A DNA stretch of 49,592 nt, from assembly GCA_964410245.1 (NCBI GenBank), contig CAYPHO010000001.1, positions 1 to 49,592 of the forward strand, in the 5' to 3' direction. The notes under the pieces were generated by a model. The model worked only from the letters and a program-made list of their open reading frames with translations, was not told the DNA's origin and searched no databases. Each line of letters starts with the position of its first letter. The first letter of the stretch is position 1. The DNA comes from an uncultured Treponemataceae bacterium. GTDB lineage: Bacteria > Spirochaetota > Spirochaetia > Treponematales > Rectinemataceae. Below are positions 1 through 7,975 of this stretch, in pieces. The translations under genes were made by a program, and so were the position numbers.

Positions 1-378
1 AAGGAAGAAGACGGTCTTGAGGTTCAGGTTCATGACGTCGTCCCATTCCTTCTCGGTGAAGTCGATGGCCGCGCGGCGGAGGATGGTGCCGGCGTTGTTG
101 ACCAGGATGTCGATCTTGCCGAACTCGGCGACGGCGCGTTCGACCACGGCCGGGACGGACCCGAGGCCCATGAGGTCGGCCTTCATGTGGACGTACTTCC
201 GGCCCGCCGCCTTGACCGCGGCCGCGGTCTCGTCGGCCCGGTCGGCGTAGGTCGCGCCCAGGACGTCCGCGCCGGCCTGCGCCAGCGCGACGCAGTAGGC
301 CTGCCCCAGCCCGCGCTCGGACCCGGTAACGATCGCGGCCTTGCCGCTTAGGCTGAACGTATCGAGGATGCCCGCCAT
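1..378 (-). CDS. kduD: 2-dehydro-3-deoxy-D-gluconate 5-dehydrogenase (SDR family); the C-terminal part lies beyond the window edge
   Basis: Hand translation of the minus strand from ATG (complement of 376-378) gives MAGILDTFSLSGKAAIVTGSERGLGQAY...FGKIDILVNNAGTILRRAAIDFTEKEWDDVMNLNLKTVFF. It has the TGxxxGxG Rossmann motif and the NNAG motif, and resembles E. coli KduD as I remember it. It sits next to kduI. It is absent from the ORF track because it runs off the window. Confidence 0.85.
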   Translation of the reverse strand, partial: MAGILDTFSLSGKAAIVTGSERGLGQAYCVALAQAGADVLGATYADRADETAAAVKAAGRKYVHMKADLMGLGSVPAVVERAVAEFGKIDILVNNAGTILRRAAIDFTEKEWDDVMNLNLKTVFFL

Positions 379-403
379 TCTTCGCCTCCTATTCGCGCCC
401 TCG

Positions 404-1240
404 TCAGCGGATCGCCGACGGGGCCAGGTTGTCCATATCGTCGAAGTTCTGGTTCTCGCCCGCCATCGCCCAGATGAACGTGTACGCGCCCGTGCCCACT
501 CCCGAGTGGATCGACCAGGATGGCGAGATGACGGCCTCTTCGTTCGACACGACTATATGGCGCGTCTCGTCCGGCCGGCCGTGCATGTGGAAGACGCGGG
601 TGGGCTCGTCCATGTCGAAGTAGAGATAGACCTCCATGCGCCTCTCGTGGGTGTGCGGCGGCCAGGTGTTCCACACGCTGCCCGGCTCCAGGACGGTCAG
701 CCCCATGACGAGCTGGCAGCTCTCGCAGACCGCGGGGTGCACGTACTGGTAGATGGTTCGCACGTTGCACGACTCCGGAGCGCCGAGCCTGCGCGGATTG
801 GCCTTGGAGCGCTCGATTTTGACGGTCGGGCAGCTTCGGTGCGCCGGAGAGCTGACGATGTAGAACTTCGAGGGAGCCGCGCTATCGGCGCTCTCGAAGC
901 CGACCGACGCGACGCCCATGCCCGCGTAGAGCCCGTCGCCTTTGCCCAGCTCGATCGGCTCGCCGTCCAGGACGACGCGGCCGGGCGCGCCGATATTGAT
1001 GACGCCCAGCTCGCGGCGGTCCAGGAAGCGCTCGGTCCCCAGCTCCTTGCCGCCCTCGAGCTCGAGCCTCTTCCCGGCAGGGCAAGCCCCGCCGAAGATG
1101 ACGCGGTCGACGTGGGTATAGGCGAGATTGAGCTCTCCCGGGACGAAGATCCCCTGCTTGAGGAAATGGCGGCGCAAGTCGTCGGTATCGTATCCCTTCA
1201 CGTCATCGGGGTGGTTTCCGTATCGCATATCGAGCTTCAT
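404..1240 (-). CDS. kduI: 5-dehydro-4-deoxy-D-glucuronate isomerase
   Basis: This is the C-terminal 278 aa of ORF 404..1348. I trimmed the start to ATG 1238-1240 (MKLDMRYGNHPDD...), which has AAGGAG 6 nt upstream; ATG 1244-1246 is an alternative. The length equals that of KduI. Cupin-type motifs HTHERRMEVYLYF and SPSWSIHSG are present. Stop is TGA. Confidence 0.9.
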   Translation of the reverse strand: MKLDMRYGNHPDDVKGYDTDDLRRHFLKQGIFVPGELNLAYTHVDRVIFGGACPAGKRLELEGGKELGTERFLDRRELGVINIGAPGRVVLDGEPIELGKGDGLYAGMGVASVGFESADSAAPSKFYIVSSPAHRSCPTVKIERSKANPRRLGAPESCNVRTIYQYVHPAVCESCQLVMGLTVLEPGSVWNTWPPHTHERRMEVYLYFDMDEPTRVFHMHGRPDETRHIVVSNEEAVISPSWSIHSGVGTGAYTFIWAMAGENQNFDDMDNLAPSAIR

Positions 1241-1250
1241 ACGCATCTCC

Positions 1251-1589
1251 TTACTTTGCGAGGAAGTCCTCGCGCTGGGGCGTGAAGACGTCGAGCAGCC
1301 TGCCTTCGGCCTCGCAGACCGTCCCGTGCCGCGCGTTGGCCGCGACATACGCCGTGTCGCCGGGCCCGAGGATCCTCGCGTCGCCCTCGACCGAGAACCT
1401 GAACCGGCCGGAGAGGCAGTAGGTCGCCTGCTCGTGGGGATGGCTATGCTCAGGCCCGACGCCTCCCGCGGCGAAGGAAACCTCGACCATCATCATCGCG
1501 CCGCCCCGCGCCTTGATCCTGCGCGAGACCTTGCCCGGGTCCACGATCTCGGCCGGGGACTCGGAATCCGGGAAAAAGACGCCGTCCAT
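1251..1589 (-). CDS. kdgF: Small single-domain cupin, KdgF-like (unsaturated uronate linearisation)
   Basis: A 112-aa ORF with the cupin metal motif GPEHSHPHEQATYCLSG, ARHG, and the C-terminal DVFTPQREDFL typical of KdgF as I recall it. It lies between kduI and kdgK, the classical kdgF context. GGAGGG sits upstream of the ATG. Confidence 0.65.
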   Translation of the reverse strand: MDGVFFPDSESPAEIVDPGKVSRRIKARGGAMMMVEVSFAAGGVGPEHSHPHEQATYCLSGRFRFSVEGDARILGPGDTAYVAANARHGTVCEAEGRLLDVFTPQREDFLAK

Positions 1590-1631
1590 CGCGCTACCCT
1601 CCTATCTCACGACGCGGCCCGTCGGGTCGCC

Positions 1632-2660
1632 TTATCGTACGACGCGACCCGCGCCGTCGCCGGCCGCGAGGCGCTCGACCTCCTCGCGCGACGCGAGATT
1701 GAAGTCGCCCGGGATCGTATGCTTCAGCGCCGAGGCGGCGACCGCGAACTCCAGGGCCCGCGCCTCGTCCCCGTATTCGAGGAGGCCGAAGATGAGCCCC
1801 GCCGCGAAGGCGTCGCCGCCCCCCACGCGATCGACGATGTCCTCGATCCCGTATTTCCTGGAGGAGATGAAGCCCTTCTTCCCGAGCAGCACGGCCGACC
1901 AGCCGTTGCGGTCCGCCGACCTCGACTCGCGCAGGGTGATCGCGACGATCTCGAGATTCGGGAACTCGGCCCTGGTCCTCTCGGCCAGGGCGCGGTAGGC
2001 CTCGGCCTCGACCTTCCCGGCGGAGGGATCGGAGTCGGCGGCGATGCCCAGGGCGAGCTGTATATCCTCCTCGTTCGCGACGAGGACGTCGGCCAGGGCC
2101 GCGAGCTCGCGCATCACCTCGGGGGCCTTCGCGCCGTAGTTCCAGAGCTTCTTGCGGTAGTTGAGGTCGAGCGAGACCTTCGCTCCGGCGGCCCGAGCGG
2201 CGCGGACGGCCTCGAGCGCGGCGTCGGCCGCCGATCGGGACAGGGCGGGCGTGATGCCGGTGACGTGGAACCAGGACGCGCCGGCGAGGACGGCCGGCCA
2301 GTCGAAGTCCCCGGGGGCCATGGCCGAGGCGGCGCTGCCCGATCGGTCGTAGGCGACGAGGGAGGGCCTCGAGTCGGCGCCCGCCTCGAGGAAGTAGATC
2401 CCGGTCCTCAGGTCGGAGCGGCGCACGGCGGAGACGTCGACGCCATGAGCGCGCAGGGCGGCGAGGGCCGCGTCGCCGACCGCGTCCCTGGACAGGGCGC
2501 CGACGAAGGCCGCCTTCATCCCGAGGCGCGCCAGGGAGACGGCGACGTTCGCCTCGCCCCCGCCGAAGCTGGCCTCGAGGGAAGGGGACTGGAAGAGCCT
2601 CTCCCGCCCGGGGGACTTGAGCCTGAGCATTATCTCGCCGAAGCATACGGCCTTGTTCAT
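1632..2660 (-). CDS. kdgK: 2-dehydro-3-deoxygluconokinase (PfkB/ribokinase family)
   Basis: A 342-aa ORF, MNKAVCFGEIMLRLKSPG...SFGGGEANVAVSLARLG...GGGDAFAAGLIFGLL. It has the PfkB N-terminal GG motif and the C-terminal DTxGAGD-like motif. Context is kdu/eda. Confidence 0.85.
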   Translation of the reverse strand: MNKAVCFGEIMLRLKSPGRERLFQSPSLEASFGGGEANVAVSLARLGMKAAFVGALSRDAVGDAALAALRAHGVDVSAVRRSDLRTGIYFLEAGADSRPSLVAYDRSGSAASAMAPGDFDWPAVLAGASWFHVTGITPALSRSAADAALEAVRAARAAGAKVSLDLNYRKKLWNYGAKAPEVMRELAALADVLVANEEDIQLALGIAADSDPSAGKVEAEAYRALAERTRAEFPNLEIVAITLRESRSADRNGWSAVLLGKKGFISSRKYGIEDIVDRVGGGDAFAAGLIFGLLEYGDEARALEFAVAASALKHTIPGDFNLASREEVERLAAGDGAGRVVR

Positions 2661-2728
2661 GCGGACCTCGTATCGTATATTCGCGAGTTCGAGGCCAGTC
2701 TAGCACGCGGGGAAGTCCGACGCAATAT

Positions 2729-2762
2729 CGTTTTTGAAACACTGGTCCATTTTCGAAAAACG
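2729..2762. promoter_or_regulatory. Candidate operator (imperfect inverted repeat) in the divergent kdgK/eda promoter region
   Basis: An AT-rich island in an otherwise GC-rich intergenic region: CGTTTTTGAAAC-ACTGGTCCAT-TTTCGAAAAACG. The arms are complementary except for one extra G. The TGAAA/TTTC half-sites are reminiscent of KdgR-type boxes. This rests on sequence only. Confidence 0.3.
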
Positions 2763-2793
2763 AGCTACACTGCAAGCCGGTGGAGGGCCCCAG

Positions 2794-3750
2794 ATGAATG
2801 ACGCGCTGAAGCGGATCGGCGAGATCGGAATCGTTCCCGTTATCAAGCTCGAGGGCGCCGACAAGGCCGTCCCCCTGGGACGCGCGCTCGCGGCCGGGGG
2901 CATAGGCGCGGCCGAGGTCACCTTCAGGACGAAGGCGGCGCCCGACGCCATCCGCGCCGTCGCCGAGGCCCTTCCCGACCTGCTCGTCGGCGCCGGCACC
3001 GTGACCTCGGTCGCCATGGCCCGGGCCGCCGCCGAGGCTGGGGCGCGCTTCATCGTCAGCCCCGGCTGGGACGACGCGGTCGTCGACTTCTGCCTCGAGC
3101 GGGGCATCCCGGTCCTGCCGGGCGTCTCGAGCCCGGACGGAGTGATGAGGGGGATCGCGAAGGGCCTCGACGCCCTGAAATTCTTCCCCGCCGAGGCCTC
3201 GGGCGGCCTTCAGATGCTCGACGCCCTGGCCGGCCCCTTCGCCGGGATCCGCTTCGTGCCGACCGGCGGCATCGACGCCTCGAACATCGGCGCCTACGCG
3301 CGCAAGCCCTCGGTCCTCGCGGTGGGCGGGTCCTGGATGGTCAAGGCCGAGCTCGTCGAGGCCGGGGACTGGGCCGAGATCGAGCGCTTGGCGCGCGAGG
3401 CCGTATTCGCCCTGCACGGCTTCGAGCTGGCCCATATCGGCGTCAACGAGCCCGACGCCGAGGCGGCGTCGAGGGACGCGGCGGCCCTCGCCTCGCTCTT
3501 CGGCTTCCCGGTCAAGGAAGGCGCCTCCTCGATATTCGCGGCCGGAATCGAGCTGCTGAAATCGCCCTACCTCGGCGAGAAGGGCCACGTCGCGATCCGC
3601 TGCAACGACGTGGAGCGCGCCCTCGCGCGCTTCCGCGGCATGGGCATCGGCTCCGAGCCCGGCACGGAGAAATCCGAAAAGGGCCGTCTCAAGACCGCCT
3701 ACCTCGACCGCCCGATCGGCGGCTTCGCCTTCCACCTGATCCGCGCCTGA
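2794..3750 (+). CDS. eda: KDPG/KHG aldolase (Eda) fused to a ~110-aa C-terminal VOC/glyoxalase-like domain
   Basis: From ORF 2734..3750, with the start moved to ATG 2794 (GGAGG 7 nt upstream). The N-terminal ~210 aa are IVPVIKL...GGIGAAEVTFRT...GAGTV...FIVSPG...PGVSSPDGV...LKFFPAE..FVPTGGI, typical of Eda. An extra region follows: HGFELAHIGVN...GHVAIRCNDVERA...GFAFHLI. Confidence 0.8.
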   Translation: MNDALKRIGEIGIVPVIKLEGADKAVPLGRALAAGGIGAAEVTFRTKAAPDAIRAVAEALPDLLVGAGTVTSVAMARAAAEAGARFIVSPGWDDAVVDFCLERGIPVLPGVSSPDGVMRGIAKGLDALKFFPAEASGGLQMLDALAGPFAGIRFVPTGGIDASNIGAYARKPSVLAVGGSWMVKAELVEAGDWAEIERLAREAVFALHGFELAHIGVNEPDAEAASRDAAALASLFGFPVKEGASSIFAAGIELLKSPYLGEKGHVAIRCNDVERALARFRGMGIGSEPGTEKSEKGRLKTAYLDRPIGGFAFHLIRA

Positions 3751-3841
3751 AAAAAGGTGGCGCGCCCCCATGAGACTCGGGAGGGCGCGCCGGATCAAGG
3801 AGGATCCCTGAAGCGAGAGCCGAAGGGGGGATCGCGGCATA

Positions 3842-5194
3842 TCACTTGCTCAAGATGAGCCTCGGGAGCCAGAGCGTGATGTCGGGAACGAAGGTGACCA
3901 GCACAAGGCCGATCACCATCACGGCGTACATCGGGAGCGTCTTCAAGGCCGTGCGCTCGATGGGCGTCTTGCCGATCGCGCAGCCGACGAAGAGGGCGCT
4001 GCCCACCGGCGGCGTGCAAAGGCCTACCGCCAAATTCAGGATGAGCATGATGCCGAACTGAACCGGGTCCATGCCGATGACCGGGCCCGTGACCACGGGC
4101 AGGAGTATGGGCGTCATGATCAGGATGAGGGGCGCCATGTCCATGAAGCAGCCGAGGACGAGGAGGAGCGCGTTGATGATGAGGAGGAGGAGGACCCGGT
4201 TGTCGGTCAGGCTGAGCAGGGCCGTCGTCAGGGCGTCCGGGATCCGCAGCACGGTCATCATGTAGGCGAAGGCCTTGGCCGCGGCGATCAGGGTCAGGAC
4301 GATTGCCAGGGTCTTCAGGGCGTTCCTGAGCACGGGGCCGAAGGTCTTGTAGGTCGACTTGACCTCGGACCAGAGCGGCTTCTTCAGGGCGATAGCGCGG
4401 TAGATCACGAACACGACGTAGGTCAGTATGAAGGTGTAGAGGCAGGCGACGGCCGCCGACTCCGTGACCGTGAAGATGCCGACGGCTATGCCGCCCATGA
4501 TGATGACGAAGATCATCATCGGCAGGATGCCGCCGAGCACGATGGCCAGGCGATGCCCGCGGGGAATCGGGTCGCAGCGCGGGAAGTTGTATTTCCTCGC
4601 CATGACGAAGCAGAGGATCATGAGGAGGCAGCCCAGCATGACGCCCGGCACCAGGCCTCCCCAGAGCAGGTCGGCGATCTGGCCGCCGATGCCCGCGGCC
4701 AGGGCGTAGATGACCATGTTGTGGCTGGGAGGCACCAGGACGCCCTGGCAGGCCGTCGTGACGGTCAGGCCGACGGCGAAGTCCTCGTCGTAGCCCTGCT
4801 TCTTCATGAGCGGTATCACGATCGACCCGAGCGAGGAGACGTCGGCGACGGCCGATCCCGAGATGCCGCCGAAGAACATCGAGTCGACGCAGTTGATGTA
4901 GGCCAGGCCCCCGCGGAAGCGGCCGACGATGAGGTTCGCCAGATCGACGATCTTCTCCGATATCCGGCCCGCGCTCATGATCTCGCCCATGATGATGAAG
5001 AAGGGAATGGCGAGCAGGGTGAAGCTGTCGATGCCCTTGACCATCTGCTGGATCAGGGTCGACAGGCCCTGGCCGTGGACGAGGGCGCCGAAGATCGCCG
5101 AGAGGAGGAGCGAGAAGGCGACGGGAATACGGAGGAACATCAGGACGACGAAGCTGCCCAGGAGGACGACGATCGCGAGGGTATCGGCGCTCAT
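3842..5194 (-). CDS. dctM: TRAP transporter large permease
   Basis: A 450-aa polytopic membrane protein with DctM-like sequence (FFIIMGEIM, GISGSAVADV, GMDPVQFGIMLILN). Its ATG overlaps the dctQ stop (ATGA). Confidence 0.9.
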   Translation of the reverse strand: MSADTLAIVVLLGSFVVLMFLRIPVAFSLLLSAIFGALVHGQGLSTLIQQMVKGIDSFTLLAIPFFIIMGEIMSAGRISEKIVDLANLIVGRFRGGLAYINCVDSMFFGGISGSAVADVSSLGSIVIPLMKKQGYDEDFAVGLTVTTACQGVLVPPSHNMVIYALAAGIGGQIADLLWGGLVPGVMLGCLLMILCFVMARKYNFPRCDPIPRGHRLAIVLGGILPMMIFVIIMGGIAVGIFTVTESAAVACLYTFILTYVVFVIYRAIALKKPLWSEVKSTYKTFGPVLRNALKTLAIVLTLIAAAKAFAYMMTVLRIPDALTTALLSLTDNRVLLLLIINALLLVLGCFMDMAPLILIMTPILLPVVTGPVIGMDPVQFGIMLILNLAVGLCTPPVGSALFVGCAIGKTPIERTALKTLPMYAVMVIGLVLVTFVPDITLWLPRLILSK

Positions 5195-5766
5195 GCCTGG
5201 CCCCCGGCGGCGCCGCTCCCCGCGTCCTTGCCGACGTGGATGACCTCGTACTCCTCCTCCTTCTCCGAGAAGAGGCGATCGTCGTCCTTAAGCACGCCGA
5301 AGAGGAAGAGGAGGGAGTCGTACACGATGATGACTCCCGCGATCGGCATCGAGATGTATTGGACCGAGCGGGGGAATCCCGTCGCGGCCATGGTAAAGCG
5401 CCAGAGCTGGGCGCAGAGATTCCAGCCGTAGACCGTCATGATGGCGCCGCAGGCGAGGGTCGAGAGATTGAGCAGCGTGTCCATGATCCTGCGCGCCGCT
5501 CCGCCCGCCTTGAAGAGGCGGTAGACGACGGCGACGCTGATATGCAGGCGGTCGCGCACGCCCATGGCGCACGCGATGAAGGCGAAGAGGGCGACGAGGG
5601 TGCGCGGCACCTCCTCGGCCCAGATGATCCCGGTATTCAGGACATAGCGGTAGAACACCGTGACGCACACGATGACGACCATCCCGACGAGGGCGAGCTG
5701 CGCGACGAGGAGCAGGACCCTATGGACGGCCGTATCGATCGAGCGCAATGCGGAGGGAATCGTCAT
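5191..5766 (-). CDS. dctQ: TRAP transporter small permease
   Basis: A 191-aa protein with four predicted TM segments, located between dctP and dctM. It has an acidic C-terminal tail. Confidence 0.85.
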   Translation of the reverse strand: MTIPSALRSIDTAVHRVLLLVAQLALVGMVVIVCVTVFYRYVLNTGIIWAEEVPRTLVALFAFIACAMGVRDRLHISVAVVYRLFKAGGAARRIMDTLLNLSTLACGAIMTVYGWNLCAQLWRFTMAATGFPRSVQYISMPIAGVIIVYDSLLFLFGVLKDDDRLFSEKEEEYEVIHVGKDAGSGAAGGQA

Positions 5767-5838
5767 GCGCGTACCCCTTAAGGAGCGGAAGCGGGGGGCG
5801 CTCCGGCGTCGCGGCGGGATCGCCCCCTCGGCGAGGTC

Positions 5839-6834
5839 CTAGTACTTCTTGCCGATCTCGGCGATGGCGTTGATGATGCTCGTGTACTTGGCGCCGTACT
5901 CGGCGTACAGGGGCTTCATCGCGTCCTGGAAGAGCTTCATCTGGGCCGCGGTCAGCGGGACGACGGTCGTGCCGCCCGCGCGGACGTTCGCCTCGGACTT
6001 CTTCTCCATCTCCTTCCACTGGGCGATCTCGTACTCCTGGGTCGCCTTGGCGCACTGCTTGATGATCTCGATGTCCGCGGCCGAGACCTTGCGGGCCTTC
6101 ATCGAGGCCTCGGACATGAGGAGGATCTCGGGGACGCGGGTGTGGTGGTCGAGGATGTAGTACTTGGCGGCCTTGTAGTCGCCCTTGGTGTCGTAGGTGG
6201 GCCAGTTGTTCTCCGCCCCGTCGAGGACGCCGGACATGATGTTGGAGTAGATGTCGTTCGAGCCGATGCCGGTCACGGGCACGCCGCCCAGGAGCTCGGT
6301 CATCTTGCAGGCCATCTTGTTGTCCTGCATGCGGATCTTCAGGCCCTTCATCTCGGCGGGGGTCGTGATCTTCTTGGTCAGGTAGTAGCAGCGGCTGCCG
6401 GCGTCGTACCAGCACAGGCCGACGAGGCCCGAGCCCGAGGACTGGAGCTTGGCCAGCATGTCCTGCCCGATCTTGCCGTTGAGGACGGCCCACATGTGCT
6501 CGGAGCTCTTGTACAGGTAGGGCAGCTGGATGGCGTTGAGGTCGGGCACGAACTCGGCGACGGGCGCGGCGGAGACGCGGGCGAAGCCCAGCTCGCCGAT
6601 GACCAGGGCCTCGATGCCCTCGGCCTCGGTGGCGTTGAGGACGCCGCCGGAGTACACCGTAATCTCGATGCGGCCCTCGGTCTTCTCCTTGACCAACCTG
6701 GCGAACTCCCGGTCGGCCAGCGTGGTGGGATAGCCTTCCATGTGGATCTCGCTGAGCTTGAGCTTGATCGGGGCGGCCGAGAGGAGCCCGGCGGCCAAGG
6801 CGAGCGACGCGAGTATGAATAGGACTTTTTTCAC
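5839..6834 (-). CDS. dctP: TRAP periplasmic solute-binding protein (DctP family)
   Basis: A 331-aa ORF with GTG start and GGAGG 6 nt upstream. It has a signal peptide (MKKVLFILASLALAAGLLSA) and DctP-like motifs (LPYLY, GLKIRMQ, DGAENNW). Stop is TAG. Confidence 0.9.
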   Translation of the reverse strand: MKKVLFILASLALAAGLLSAAPIKLKLSEIHMEGYPTTLADREFARLVKEKTEGRIEITVYSGGVLNATEAEGIEALVIGELGFARVSAAPVAEFVPDLNAIQLPYLYKSSEHMWAVLNGKIGQDMLAKLQSSGSGLVGLCWYDAGSRCYYLTKKITTPAEMKGLKIRMQDNKMACKMTELLGGVPVTGIGSNDIYSNIMSGVLDGAENNWPTYDTKGDYKAAKYYILDHHTRVPEILLMSEASMKARKVSAADIEIIKQCAKATQEYEIAQWKEMEKKSEANVRAGGTTVVPLTAAQMKLFQDAMKPLYAEYGAKYTSIINAIAEIGKKY

Positions 6835-6845
6835 GAGACGCCTCC

Positions 6846-6878
6846 TTCGCGAATCCCGACGGATCGGTCTTTCGCGAA
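6846..6878. promoter_or_regulatory. Two copies of the palindromic octamer TTCGCGAA directly upstream of the dctP ribosome-binding site (candidate regulator sites)
   Basis: TTCGCGAA(T) occurs at 6846-6853 and 6871-6878, 25 bp apart, in the 142-bp gap between the sensor-module SBP gene and dctP. Function is inferred only. Confidence 0.25.
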
Positions 6879-6976
6879 TGGAGCCTATACCCGCTACGCC
6901 CCCGGCGGGCGGGTACCTTCATGCGATCGCCGGTACTCTCATGCCGCGCGCGGGCGCCGGCCGCCCGCCGAGGACC

Positions 6977-7975
6977 CTAGTCGGCGGCGCGGATGCGGGC
7001 GATCAGGGCGCGGATCTCCGGACCCTGCCTCTCGTAGGCCGAGGCGAAGGCCGCCTTCCACGGGGCCGGATCCCGGATCTCGATGATCTCGACGCCGGCC
7101 TCGAGCGCCTGCCTCCGCGCGAGGAGCTCGTACTCGGCCCAGGCCGCCCTCTGGAAGTCGATCGCGTCCATGGCCGCCCTCGCGATCAGGCCGCGGTCGG
7201 CCTCCGAGAGCGCGGCGAGGGCGGAGGCCGATCCCACGATGATCTCGGGAATGCGGACGTGCTCGGTAAGGGTGTAGAAGGGCGCGATCTTGTAGTGCTC
7301 GGACGTGCGATAGGTCGAGGCGTTGTTCTCGGCCGCGTCCATCGCCCCCGTCTGGATGGCGCTGTACACCTCGCCGAAGGCCATCGGCACCGCGGCGGCG
7401 CCCAGGGCCTCGACCGCCTCGGCCATGACGCTTCCCTCCTGGACGCGGACGCGCATGCCCCGGAGGTCGGCGGGGGAGCGTATCGGCTCGCGGGCGGAAT
7501 AGAAGCTGCGGGCTCCCGCCTCGAACCAGCCGAGTCCCTCGAAGCCCGCTTCGGAGACCGAGGACAGGAGCTCGCGGCCGATGCCGCCCTTGAGGACGCG
7601 CCACATGTGCTCGTCGTCGCGGTAGAGGTAGGGCATCTGCAGGGCCCTGAGGCGCGGGACGTAGACGGCGACGGCCGCGACCGAGACGCGCGCGATGTCG
7701 ATGGCGCCGAACTGGAGCTGCTCGAGAACGGCGACTTCCTGGCCGAGTACCGAGTCGGCGTAGACCGAGACGCGGATGCGCCCGCCCGACCGCTCGCCGA
7801 CCAGCCGGGCGAACTCGAAGTCGGCGCGGGCGGTGGGATGGTCGGCGGGATGGAGCTCCGCCAGCCTGAGCTCGATCTCCGGCCGCGCGGGCGGCCGGGC
7901 CTGGGCGGCCGCGCCCGCCGCGGCGCAGAGGCAGGCCAGGGCGATGGCGATCCGTAACGCGTCGCGCGATTTCAT
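6977..7975 (-). CDS. Second DctP-family solute-binding protein, encoded with the two-component system (likely sensor partner)
   Basis: A 332-aa ORF with signal peptide and DctP-like motifs (MPYLY, GMRVRVQ, DAAENN). Its ATG overlaps the response-regulator stop (ATGA). Stop is TAG. It is very Lys-poor and Arg-rich compared with the dctP at 5839..6834. Confidence 0.85.
   Translation of the reverse strand: MKSRDALRIAIALACLCAAAGAAAQARPPARPEIELRLAELHPADHPTARADFEFARLVGERSGGRIRVSVYADSVLGQEVAVLEQLQFGAIDIARVSVAAVAVYVPRLRALQMPYLYRDDEHMWRVLKGGIGRELLSSVSEAGFEGLGWFEAGARSFYSAREPIRSPADLRGMRVRVQEGSVMAEAVEALGAAAVPMAFGEVYSAIQTGAMDAAENNASTYRTSEHYKIAPFYTLTEHVRIPEIIVGSASALAALSEADRGLIARAAMDAIDFQRAAWAEYELLARRQALEAGVEIIEIRDPAPWKAAFASAYERQGPEIRALIARIRAAD

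Noticed and set aside
1128-3840. Long ORFs 1128..2801 (+, 557 aa) and 1594..3840 (-, 748 aa)
   Set aside because: Their translations are Arg/Gly/Pro/Ala-rich low-complexity sequence with no motifs. They lie antisense to, or out of frame with, the well-supported kdgF, kdgK and eda genes. This is the typical high-GC stop-codon-depletion artefact.
5767-5841. The TAG stop of dctP is in frame with the downstream dctQ ORF, suggesting a read-through DctP-DctQ fusion
   Set aside because: There is a one-in-three chance of frame coincidence. The 72-nt spacer would encode an Arg/Pro-rich linker, and it carries the dctQ start context. DctP must be periplasmic and ends at its normal C-terminus.
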